From a virus, in the IMG/VR virus record IMGVR_UViG_3300044730_001993, positions 23,861 through 87,860 of that record: 64,000 bases of DNA, one strand, 5' to 3'. A program made the position numbers and the translations under genes. The stretch's first letter is position 1. Every line of letters begins with the position of its first letter. The notes under the pieces were generated by a model, which was given only the letters and a program-made list of their open reading frames with translations, made no database searches and was not told the origin of the DNA. Of the stretch, positions 1-8,383 are shown piece by piece.

Positions 1-80
1 CGACGCCCGTGCGCTGTTCAACGCGGCGCGGGCCGACGGCCTCGTCGCCACCGCGAAGGCGATGCTCGCGATTCTCACGT

Positions 81-104
81 AAGAACAGCCTCGCGAGCGG
101 CGTA
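81..104 (+). promoter_or_regulatory. representative AAGAAC-N14-CGTA promoter-like motif (14 copies in the window)
   Basis: recurs at fixed spacing shortly before start codons on both strands. Confidence 0.7.
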
Positions 105-115
105 GAAGGGGCACC

Positions 116-721
116 ATGAACACCACCGAGAAGTTCACGAAGTCCGTCCGCTCCCCCGCTACGATGCGCGAGGCGAACGACCCCATCGCCTTCGTGAATG
201 CGCTCTTCGAGTCGCGCACGCTGCGCACTGCCGTGGAGCAGGCGCGCGAGCGCGGGTACAACACGCCCGTGTACCGCGACGGGATGCACTACTCCGTGCT
301 CAACGCGACGTGGACGGACGCCGGTCCCGTGCCCGAGACTGAGTTCGTCGGCGGCAAAATGTGGTCGATGGCGGACGAGAAGATCGCCCGACGCAACGCC
401 TACAAGGCACTCAAGGCGTGGGGATTTCTCGTCGATGAAGTCGAGACGTCGGATGGCCCCTGCTGCGTCGCTCGCGCGTGGTTCTCACTCGCCGCGGAGG
501 AGGTCGTGACGCTTGCGCTCACCCTCGTGCGGCAGACGCGCTCGGCGTCGCGGGCGCTCGATCACGCCGCGTGGGCGTGGCTCGGGTACTCGCGCCGCGA
601 CGTGTCGATGGCGCTCTACGACGCCCACTCGCGCGGGTTGTGCGAGATTTACGAGAGCGGGTCGATCGTGGAGCTCCGCTTCCGCGACGAGAACGGAGCG
701 TTCTTCGACGCGGTGGCGTGA
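116..721 (+). CDS. hypothetical phage protein
   Basis: 201-aa ORF directly after the AAGAAC-N14-CGTA motif at 81-104. Confidence 0.7.
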   Translation: MNTTEKFTKSVRSPATMREANDPIAFVNALFESRTLRTAVEQARERGYNTPVYRDGMHYSVLNATWTDAGPVPETEFVGGKMWSMADEKIARRNAYKALKAWGFLVDEVETSDGPCCVARAWFSLAAEEVVTLALTLVRQTRSASRALDHAAWAWLGYSRRDVSMALYDAHSRGLCEIYESGSIVELRFRDENGAFFDAVA

Positions 722-722
722 C

Positions 723-1031
723 TCACCGCGGGAGTTTCCCGCGACCGTACTTCGCGCCCGCCGTGCGGAGACTATCGATAAACGACGGGCCGCGCTCGGG
801 GATGTTCTCCATGCGGTACACCTCGCGGTCGAGCGCATTCAACTGCGCAGCGTACCTCGACACCGAGGGCCAGTCGCGTCGCTCCAGCGCGATCGTGAGC
901 GCCTCGTGGGCGTCGGAGGCTTGCCAGCGAAGGCTCGCGAGCCGCGATGCGTGCGACGTGACGTTCATCGGGCGCGTGCCGCGCTTGCGCTTCGGGTTGT
1001 GCGCCGCGGTGCGCTTCTTCGAGGTTGCCAT
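723..1031 (-). CDS. hypothetical protein with N-terminal basic/NP tag
   Basis: MATSKKRTAAHNPKRKRG; TAGTGT box 6 nt before ATG. Confidence 0.7.
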   Translation of the reverse strand: MATSKKRTAAHNPKRKRGTRPMNVTSHASRLASLRWQASDAHEALTIALERRDWPSVSRYAAQLNALDREVYRMENIPERGPSFIDSLRTAGAKYGRGKLPR

Positions 1032-1037
1032 GCCGTG

Positions 1038-1047
1038 ACACTACACG
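1038..1047 (-). promoter_or_regulatory. representative (CGTG)TAnnnT box 6-8 nt before the start codon (leaderless type)
   Basis: recurs before virion-like and tagged genes that lack an SD sequence. Confidence 0.6.
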
Positions 1048-1127
1048 AACGCAGCACCCCGCGCAATCGGCGAACAATCGCACACGGGCCGTAAGGTCGG
1101 CGGCGCTCGATGCGTAGAAGGGGCACT

Positions 1128-1460
1128 ATGAACGACGACGCATTCACCCTCGATATGATCGCCGCACTGCGCGAACTCGCGGACTGGAACTAGCGCGAGG
1201 AGGCCGAGTGCACGCTGCCTCGCAACACCTCGTTCGGCCTTCTGCGAGCGCGTGGTCTCGTCGCGACGAACACTACGGTTTGCGTGCACTACCATCGAAG
1301 CACGGGTGAGACGACTTCGTTCGTCTCGCTCCGCGCGTGGCTCACGCCGAAGGGCCGCGCTGCGTGCGAGGCCATCTTCGGGATCACGCCAGTAGCGGAC
1401 CGTCCCGACGCCGACGCGATACGCGCCGCCGAGCCAGTTTCCGTCACGAAGAACTACTGA
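1128..1460 (+). pseudogene. small winged-helix-like gene interrupted by an in-frame TAG (1191-1193)
   Basis: ATG after the promoter motif at 1093-1116; frame continues past TAG to LLRARGLV...WLTPKGRAA and TGA at 1458-1460. Confidence 0.5.
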
Positions 1461-1473
1461 CGGCGAACGTCCG

Positions 1474-2019
1474 CTAGTGCACCGACTCGGGTGCGTCGCC
1501 GCGCTCGATGCGCGCCTTGATCTGCTTGCAGATCGCGGTGAGCGTGTCGGGCGCGAGCGGCTTCTCGTACGCGCCCATCGCGCTCACTGTCCGCGCTGCA
1601 CGTTCCAGTTCGTCGGGCATCGCGCCGGTCACGAAGTACACCGCGACGCCGCGGGGGAGCGCGTGGGCCACGGTGATGCCGTTGTGCTGCGCGTGGCGGA
1701 GGTCGAGGTCGATGATCGCCGCCGCGAAGTCGCCCACGTCGGCCCGCTGCGCCGCGTACATCGCGTCGTCGGCGGTGCAGCACACGACCGTTTTCGTCCC
1801 CGTCTCCTCGCCGACGATCCCCGCGAGTTGCGTCGCGAGAAACTCGTCGTCTTCCACGATCAGCACACGGGGCTGCGGGTGAAGCGCCTCGATCACGGCG
1901 TGCAAGCGCGCGATGCTCTCGGTGAGCGTCCCGATCGCAGCGTTCTTCGCGTTGAGTGCCCTCGCGTATCGGGCCGCGAGGTCGTCGGTGATGGGGTCGG
2001 TTTGTGCGTCGGCGGACAT
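1474..2019 (-). CDS. response regulator receiver-domain protein with N-terminal coiled coil
   Basis: RVLIVEDD...AIIDLDL...FVTG...YEKP: DD, phospho-Asp, Thr and Lys-Pro of the REC fold. Confidence 0.8.
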   Translation of the reverse strand: MSADAQTDPITDDLAARYARALNAKNAAIGTLTESIARLHAVIEALHPQPRVLIVEDDEFLATQLAGIVGEETGTKTVVCCTADDAMYAAQRADVGDFAAAIIDLDLRHAQHNGITVAHALPRGVAVYFVTGAMPDELERAARTVSAMGAYEKPLAPDTLTAICKQIKARIERGDAPESVH

Positions 2020-2397
2020 CTAGCGTTTGCCTCTCGGCAATGATTCAATTACGCGGGCGGCGCTGTCAAGCGCGGCAATACCCTTAGTGATGCTCTCCAT
2101 CTCGTCGATGCGCTGCTCGGTGACGCGCGCGAGAGCCTCCGCATGCGACGTTTGCAAGGCTTGCACAGTCGCCGCATGGGCCGCGTGAATCGCTTGAACT
2201 CTATCGCCGTGCTCCTTGTCGCGCGCGTGGATCGCCTCGTGCAGCGCGGTGTTCTGCCGCGCGTGGTAGACCACCACGCCGATCAGAACCCCGATGACCG
2301 CCTTCGATCCGCCCGCGTCGATCACCGCCCACAACGCGGGTGAGACCTGCGCGAGAAATGGTAGCGCGGGGAGCATGGGCACGAGTGTTTCGAGCAT
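2020..2397 (-). CDS. membrane protein with coiled coil (holin-like)
   Basis: TM segment AVIGVLIGVVVY followed by a helical region. Confidence 0.5.
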   Translation of the reverse strand: MLETLVPMLPALPFLAQVSPALWAVIDAGGSKAVIGVLIGVVVYHARQNTALHEAIHARDKEHGDRVQAIHAAHAATVQALQTSHAEALARVTEQRIDEMESITKGIAALDSAARVIESLPRGKR

Positions 2398-2431
2398 TAC
2401 GCGAACCACGATAACACACGCGCGGCGCGGT

Positions 2432-2456
2432 TGAATAGTGCGAACGGTGGTCCCGT
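2432..2456 (+). promoter_or_regulatory. representative TGAATA-N15/16-CGT promoter-like motif (7 copies)
   Basis: recurs upstream of gene starts. Confidence 0.6.
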
Positions 2457-2466
2457 CTCACCCACC

Positions 2467-2811
2467 ATGCAGCATCAAACTGGCGATTTACACACCGCGG
2501 CGCACGACGACAGCGACGTTTCGACCGCCCACCGGCACCAGAGGATGCCCGACGTGCCGTTCCCGGCGCGCGGGGCGCGACTCTCGCGGCAACTCGCCGC
2601 CGCAGCCGCCGTGCGTACGGTGACGCTCGCGGCCCTCCGTACGGCGGCACGCGCGCTCCGCACGGTGCAGAAGAACCCGCTCTCGTTTCCGATCGCTACG
2701 CGTCTCGAAGCGCAGGGCGAGGTAGACGACTTGCTCGCGACGCTCGCCGACCTCGACGATCTCGTGAGCGGCAAGAAGACTCGCGTCGGCGGGCGCGACG
2801 TCGATGAATAA
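2467..2811 (+). CDS. hypothetical protein
   Basis: ATG just after the TGAATA-N16-CGT motif at 2432-2456. Confidence 0.55.
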   Translation: MQHQTGDLHTAAHDDSDVSTAHRHQRMPDVPFPARGARLSRQLAAAAAVRTVTLAALRTAARALRTVQKNPLSFPIATRLEAQGEVDDLLATLADLDDLVSGKKTRVGGRDVDE

Positions 2812-2839
2812 AACGCCGCGCCGAACGTCTATACGTGCG

Positions 2840-3217
2840 ATGGAACCTCGACACGGCGTACGTTTCACCTCCCCCGAAGGCGCGAGGGTCACCGTTCTGG
2901 TTGACGGGGAGTTCCGCGCCAGCGACGTGACCGTGTGCGTCGGAGGGCGTACGCTCTCCGCGGGCAACGCCACGGTGGAACGGGTCGCCACGCGGCACGG
3001 GGCGGTGTTCTCCGAGGCGGTGGCGACGCTCCTCGCGAAGCACGCTGCGATCGTTCGCGAGGCGTGCGACGGGGCCATGCGCTACGACGGCGCGCTCGTG
3101 TGCGACGCGCTCGACGCCGTAGAGTGCGAGGTGAGGGAGAAGTGCGGCCCCGAGGATCGCGAGGCGTGCGCGCAGATGATCGTCGCCCGTGCGATGATCC
3201 CCACGGTGGTGCCGTGA
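2840..3217 (+). CDS. hypothetical protein
   Basis: ATG after the TGAATA-N15-CGT motif; first gene of an overlapping run. Confidence 0.6.
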   Translation: MEPRHGVRFTSPEGARVTVLVDGEFRASDVTVCVGGRTLSAGNATVERVATRHGAVFSEAVATLLAKHAAIVREACDGAMRYDGALVCDALDAVECEVREKCGPEDREACAQMIVARAMIPTVVP

Positions 3218-3302
3218 GCGCGATCGTCGAGGGCTTCGGGTGGCTTCTGATTTCGGTCGGCGTTCTCAGCGCGATTCGCGGGTGGTTCGTCGGAGGCGCG
3301 AA

Positions 3303-3623
3303 GTGAAACGTCCGTCCATCAGCGATTCAAGCGATCCCGACGATCGCCACATCTGCGATAACGCCGCCGCGGACTACCGGGATTATGAGTCGCATCTTCG
3401 CGACGCGATCCGGCAAGCGACGGAGGCGCTGGCCTTCTGGCATGAGCACGGCGAACCGATCCCAGGACTCCTCGTGGATGCGCAACGTTCGATCGGTGCA
3501 GCTATCGTCAAGGGCGCCTACATCACCGCGCGGGCGCCGTTCGTTTCCGAAGAGGATCACGCGCGGTTCAAGATGTTCGGCGCGAAGCGCAACGGTCGCA
3601 AGGTCGGTGAGGTGGTCAAGTGA
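3303..3623 (+). CDS. hypothetical protein
   Basis: GTGA overlaps at both ends. Confidence 0.6.
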   Translation: MKRPSISDSSDPDDRHICDNAAADYRDYESHLRDAIRQATEALAFWHEHGEPIPGLLVDAQRSIGAAIVKGAYITARAPFVSEEDHARFKMFGAKRNGRKVGEVVK

Positions 3624-4042
3624 CGGCAAGAAGAATCATCACGCCCAACGAGGCGCTGGCGATCGAACTGCGGCATCCGTGCGACCCGGATACGTTCGCC
3701 GATCTGGCGTTCACCGTCGCTTCGACCGGCGATGAACTCGCGAGACTCGACGACGTTCTGCGCTCCGTGGCGCACCACGGCGTCGTGCTCACGCTCGACG
3801 ACGGATCGACGGTCGTGCGAGGACACCCGTGGATCGATGCGCCGACCCATGAAGGCTTCTGGTGGATTCTCACCCCCGACGGCAAGCGCGACGTGGTGCG
3901 CGTGGCGTTCTTCGGAACGTCGTGTGAGTACGTCGAGATCAACGACACGCGCGGGCACTTCCATATGCCTCCCGACGGCGCGCGGTGGCAAGCGATCGAC
4001 ACGCCCACCGTCCCGTCCGCGGCAAGCGAGGAGCAGCGATGA
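3620..4042 (+). CDS. hypothetical protein
   Basis: translationally coupled ORF with globular composition. Confidence 0.65.
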   Translation: MTARRIITPNEALAIELRHPCDPDTFADLAFTVASTGDELARLDDVLRSVAHHGVVLTLDDGSTVVRGHPWIDAPTHEGFWWILTPDGKRDVVRVAFFGTSCEYVEINDTRGHFHMPPDGARWQAIDTPTVPSAASEEQR

Positions 4043-4785
4043 AGCCCGAAGAACAACTGCGCGAGCGCATCACGGCGGCGCTGCAATCGAGGCACGCGAC
4101 CGACTCGGTGCGCGTCACGACGAACGTCAACGTACTCTCGGTGCCAACCGACGCAACGGGCATGGGTACGGCGCTGCGAACGTACCTGTTCCTCGAACGG
4201 GCGATGGTCGAACTCGACGGCATCAACCCGAAGGTCGCCGACGATCTCCGCGACCGCATGGACACGATCTGGCACGCCCTCACGGAGAGCGAGCGCGCGC
4301 TGCTCGACGCCCGCACCGAAGGCGCGTGGAGCGCCTGCGCCGTGGTGGGTCTCGACCACGATCGGACCACCGTTTCGCACCGGGAGAGCGAACTCGACGC
4401 GCTCGTGTCGCTCGCAATCGCGCTCGGCCTCGACGCCGACGGCACGGACCCGCGGGCCACGATCGTTACGCTCACGGCCGAGCGTGACGCCGCGGTAGCG
4501 CGAGTCGATCGCCTGCGCGCCGACTCCGCCGACTACGAAGTTCTACTCGGTGACGCGATCGAGGCACTCAGGGCCACGATCGACGAGCGTGACGCTGCTC
4601 TCGCCGACGCTGCGGCGCTGCGCCTCGCGGCGCGGGCGTACTTCGCCACGATCGACAACGCGCCGCCGTTCGGCGCTGGCGATCGATCGCTGCGCGAGCA
4701 CGATGCGCAGTGCAAGAAAACCGCACACACGCTCGCCGTTCTGGCGGGCGCGCGAGTGCCGCAACGGAACGACGAGGAACGATGA
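4039..4785 (+). CDS. hypothetical coiled-coil protein
   Basis: GAGGAG RBS, ATGA overlap, AERDAA-type heptads. Confidence 0.7.
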   Translation: MKPEEQLRERITAALQSRHATDSVRVTTNVNVLSVPTDATGMGTALRTYLFLERAMVELDGINPKVADDLRDRMDTIWHALTESERALLDARTEGAWSACAVVGLDHDRTTVSHRESELDALVSLAIALGLDADGTDPRATIVTLTAERDAAVARVDRLRADSADYEVLLGDAIEALRATIDERDAALADAAALRLAARAYFATIDNAPPFGAGDRSLREHDAQCKKTAHTLAVLAGARVPQRNDEER

Positions 4786-5351
4786 CGATTCCCCTGAAGA
4801 TCAAGGCGGTGTGTCTCTCGACCGGCTACGCCGAAGGTCTGCGATCGACGGTGATGTTCGTGTGGTGGACGGGCAAGCCGTTCACCAGCGCGATCGACGC
4901 CGTGCGCTCGCTCGTGGCGGAGTTCCTGCGCGTGTGCGCGGCCCCGAACACGCCTCGCAAGGCGTGCTGCAACGACGTTCTCGCCGCGAAGCCGAACGCG
5001 AAGGCGTGCCCCGACTGCGGAGCGATGCTCACTGGCAAGCCGCACGATGCCGTGATGACCGACGTTTTCGACTGCGTGTGGCGCACCGACTGCGACGGCT
5101 GGTCCGCCGCGACCGACCCGCACATCGTCGACCGTGACGAAGAGCACGGGATTCTCGGAGGGTGGCGGTTCTTCGTTGGGATGCCCGCCGACTGCGACGT
5201 GGTGAACGTCGACAACTTCGACGCGCTCATCCGCGAAGACAAGCGCGCCCGCGAGGTGGATTTCACCGTGACGCACGTCGGCAAGCGGGCGACGCGAGCG
5301 TCGGCCCGTGGCAAGGTCGCGCCGACCGACGTGGCGGGAGTGGCGACGTGA
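4782..5351 (+). CDS. hypothetical protein with Cys-rich zinc ribbon
   Basis: KACC...ACPDCG; RBS and ATGA overlap. Confidence 0.7.
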   Translation: MTIPLKIKAVCLSTGYAEGLRSTVMFVWWTGKPFTSAIDAVRSLVAEFLRVCAAPNTPRKACCNDVLAAKPNAKACPDCGAMLTGKPHDAVMTDVFDCVWRTDCDGWSAATDPHIVDRDEEHGILGGWRFFVGMPADCDVVNVDNFDALIREDKRAREVDFTVTHVGKRATRASARGKVAPTDVAGVAT

Positions 5352-5689
5352 CCTTCATCGACGAACAGGAATTCGAGCGGTTCAGCGACTCCGAACGGCT
5401 CGCGAAACTCAACCAGTTCGCCGCCGAGAACCGGCGCCTTCGTCAAATCCTCGACGGCGTTTCGCGCGCGACGAACACGAAGGGCGCGATCGTGGAACTC
5501 TTCGGTGCGATCGACCCCGGAGGGCGCGATGCGATCGGCATTTTGGTGTGCCGCCCCGACGTTGACGAGGCGGCGTTTATCGAGACGCTCAAGGAGTCGC
5601 TCGCCGCCCTGCTCGGCGCGGGCAGCGCCGACGTGACGTACGGCCCGACGAGAGTCACGGGCATCGAGGAAGAACGTGGCCCGCAATAA
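5348..5689 (+). CDS. hypothetical protein
   Basis: GTGA overlap, GGGAG RBS. Confidence 0.65.
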   Translation: MTFIDEQEFERFSDSERLAKLNQFAAENRRLRQILDGVSRATNTKGAIVELFGAIDPGGRDAIGILVCRPDVDEAAFIETLKESLAALLGAGSADVTYGPTRVTGIEEERGPQ

Positions 5690-6536
5690 GCACCCCACCG
5701 ATTCCGACCGTCACGCTTGCGTCGCGGTCGCCGACCTCGCCGCGACGTGGTGCGGCACCACGCAACTCACCGTCGCCGTTTCCGTGCTGCGCGGCTTCGT
5801 GACGGGCGGTCGCACCCGTAAGGACTGCGAACGTGAAACGCTCGCGATCACCGGCCCGATGGGCTTCGGCCCGTACGGGTTCATCCCCGACGATCAACGG
5901 GCGCAGCCCGCAGCGAACGCACTCAAGAATGCTCGCGATGCGTTTCTGCGCGCGTTCGAGGTGTGTTGCTGCGTGCCGCCCGAGTCGCTCAACGCGAAGG
6001 AGTGGGCGAAGATCGAGCGCGCGATTCTCGGTCACGTCGAGAACACGGGCACCCTCGTCGGGCTCGCGAACGCGATCGACACCGCACGCTCGACGTGGGA
6101 CGGCGCTTCGTCGTCCGCACTCGTCGTGCGTGGTTCCATGCCGACGCCGCACTCGACGGAGCACGCGCGGCTCATCCTGCGCGGGCAACTCGTCGAGCGC
6201 ATGAGGCTGCGACGCAAACTCTCCCCCGAGGCGTTGATCGTCACGATCAAGGAGGCGGGAGGCGATTTCTCGGTGGGGCAACTCAAGCGCGTCGAGAACG
6301 GCACCGCGGCACCGGCAACGGCCCGCAACGACGCGCTCACCCGTGCGCTCGGGTGCGAGCCATCGTGGGCCGACGACGTAGAGACGCAGGCTTACGCGCT
6401 CGCGGAGAAGTTCGCGGGGCTCGTGGCTCACGTTCGCGGGGATCGCTGGTTCGCCGACGTAGCGGCGCGTGACGGCGACGACGTGGCGTCGGCGATCACG
6501 CTCTGCGCGCTCGTTTCTACGCTGCGTAACTCGTGA
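5676..6536 (+). CDS. protein with C-terminal XRE-type helix-turn-helix
   Basis: LVERMRLRRKLSPEAL...SVGQLKRVENG...LTRALG. Confidence 0.55.
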   Translation: MARNKHPTDSDRHACVAVADLAATWCGTTQLTVAVSVLRGFVTGGRTRKDCERETLAITGPMGFGPYGFIPDDQRAQPAANALKNARDAFLRAFEVCCCVPPESLNAKEWAKIERAILGHVENTGTLVGLANAIDTARSTWDGASSSALVVRGSMPTPHSTEHARLILRGQLVERMRLRRKLSPEALIVTIKEAGGDFSVGQLKRVENGTAAPATARNDALTRALGCEPSWADDVETQAYALAEKFAGLVAHVRGDRWFADVAARDGDDVASAITLCALVSTLRNS

Positions 6537-7372
6537 GCAACGCACTCCGCACTTGCCTCGACGCGCTTCGTTACGGGGCAGCATCGACAATCCACGTCGC
6601 GTCCGGCATCGGACTCGCGCTGCACCTCACGCGCGAAAACCCCGTCGTGGTCGGACTCGTCGCAGCGATGCGCTCCGGCGCCGACTCGCACGCAATCGTC
6701 GCGCGGGAGTTGCTCTCGCTCGCGGCAGACGGCGGCGATCCCGCATACGCGCACCAGTACGACGCGGCGATGTTCGCGTTGCTCTACGCGCTCGACGAAG
6801 TGGCGCCGTCGGTTGCGCTCGCGACGGTGAGTGCGCCGTGGCCCGACGCGATTCTGCGCGCATCGTGGACGCGCGGATTTGCGACGCGCATCCTGAATAA
6901 CGGGCGACGTTCGCCCGTTCAACACTCGGAAGGTAGGACGAACACAATGTCGACGATTACCAGTGAATCCAGTCTTAGCGAGTGCGGCTTCTCTCAGCGG
7001 GCGCTCGACGCGCTCTCCGGTCTCGGGCTCGGCCCCGACGCCGCGGTGGCGTCGCTCGCCAGCATCGACGTGAAGACGTGCGGGGCGAAGAAGGCCGTGC
7101 TCTCGGAGCTCCAGCGCGCCGCGCAGGCCGCGGGCCTCTCGCTCCAGAACGCCGAGGGGCTCGTCCGCAAGACCCGCGAACCGAAGGAGCCCTCCGAGGT
7201 GTCGGAGCTCCCGACTACGGCGAAGATCGTGTCGCTCACCCTCTCCGACGAAGGGGTGGTGGTCACGCTCGACGCCGACGGCCAGCGGTTCGAGTACACC
7301 GAGGGCGCAGAGAAGGCCGCGACGCTGCGGCTCGGCGGCGTCGGTCGCATCGCGTTCGTGCCCGCGGGCTGA
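6533..7372 (+). CDS. two-part ORF; C-terminal part (internal ATG 6947) resembles the RNA polymerase alpha-CTD
   Basis: SLSECGFSQRALDAL...KAVLSELQRAAQAAGLSL; internal promoter motif at 6894-6918 and purine-rich RBS. Confidence 0.45.
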   Translation: MSNALRTCLDALRYGAASTIHVASGIGLALHLTRENPVVVGLVAAMRSGADSHAIVARELLSLAADGGDPAYAHQYDAAMFALLYALDEVAPSVALATVSAPWPDAILRASWTRGFATRILNNGRRSPVQHSEGRTNTMSTITSESSLSECGFSQRALDALSGLGLGPDAAVASLASIDVKTCGAKKAVLSELQRAAQAAGLSLQNAEGLVRKTREPKEPSEVSELPTTAKIVSLTLSDEGVVVTLDADGQRFEYTEGAEKAATLRLGGVGRIAFVPAG

Positions 7373-7433
7373 TCTTCTCACTCCCCACCAGAACGGCACG
7401 CGGCGGAGCGTCGGACTCCGCCGCGTTTCCGTT

Positions 7434-8267
7434 TCACACCTCCGCAGGCGGCGTCGTATCGGGCGCAGGAATCGTCACTTCGACGACTTCGCCGACGCGC
7501 GGGAACGTGAGCACCAGTTCGCCGCTCTCCTCGTCCCACGACACGATCGCCTCGCGACCCATCGACGCCATAACCGACGGGATGGCTCCGCGGAACGTGA
7601 CGCCCGCGTTCGTCTTCGCTTCGATGAAGTAGCACCCCGACGACTTCGTGAGTCGCACGCTCTCACGCGAGCACCCGGCGACCATCACGCGCTCCTCGGT
7701 GCGGTCGGCGTACTCATGCACCCTCACCACGGGTCGGAGCACCACCTCCGCGGGCGCTGCGGAGCCGCCAGCGGGCGCCTCGCACCGCCCACCGGGGCAC
7801 GGGCCTCCGGGGCACTTGCTCGCGCCGCACGGGGCCTTCTTGCCCGTTCGCTTGAACGCATCACGGAACCCCGCGAGCACCATCGGGTCGACACCGAGCG
7901 ACTCGACGAGGTCGAGCAGTTTCGTCGGGTCGACGTCTGCGGTCGCGTCGGCGAACGTCTGCACGGTCTTGCGGAGGCTCTTCGCGATCGACTTCGCCCC
8001 CGCTTCGGCGACGAGCAGCGCGCACGCCTGCGAGCAGGCGAGCACGAACTCACGCGGCGTCGAAGCGGCGAGCGCCGCCATCAGGCCGTTCTTCGCCGCG
8101 CGGAGCGACTCCTCGGTGCGCAGGCGCTTGCGCTCGTCACGTTCGAGGTCGGCGATGCGGTCGGTGAGTTCGTCGAGGTCCGCGAGAACGTCGCCGTAGT
8201 CGGTGCCCTCGGCATCGTCGGCGGTCGTATCGTCGGGCGTGGTTTCGGGGGCGGTGTCGGTGGGCAT
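7434..8267 (-). CDS. protein with C-terminal Hsp20/alpha-crystallin-like domain
   Basis: VMVAGCSRESVRL...FRGAIP...SGELVLTFPR pattern; GGAGGA RBS. Confidence 0.45.
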   Translation of the reverse strand: MPTDTAPETTPDDTTADDAEGTDYGDVLADLDELTDRIADLERDERKRLRTEESLRAAKNGLMAALAASTPREFVLACSQACALLVAEAGAKSIAKSLRKTVQTFADATADVDPTKLLDLVESLGVDPMVLAGFRDAFKRTGKKAPCGASKCPGGPCPGGRCEAPAGGSAAPAEVVLRPVVRVHEYADRTEERVMVAGCSRESVRLTKSSGCYFIEAKTNAGVTFRGAIPSVMASMGREAIVSWDEESGELVLTFPRVGEVVEVTIPAPDTTPPAEV

Positions 8268-8383
8268 CTCGGTGGTTCCTCCGCGCTGGTTGCGCGCGAG
8301 AGAGGTAATCACCGGGAGGGGGCGTGTCTAGGTACGGCGACGCCTCCCCCGCCGTACGTGGCGAGGGAGGCCGTCGGGGTGCG

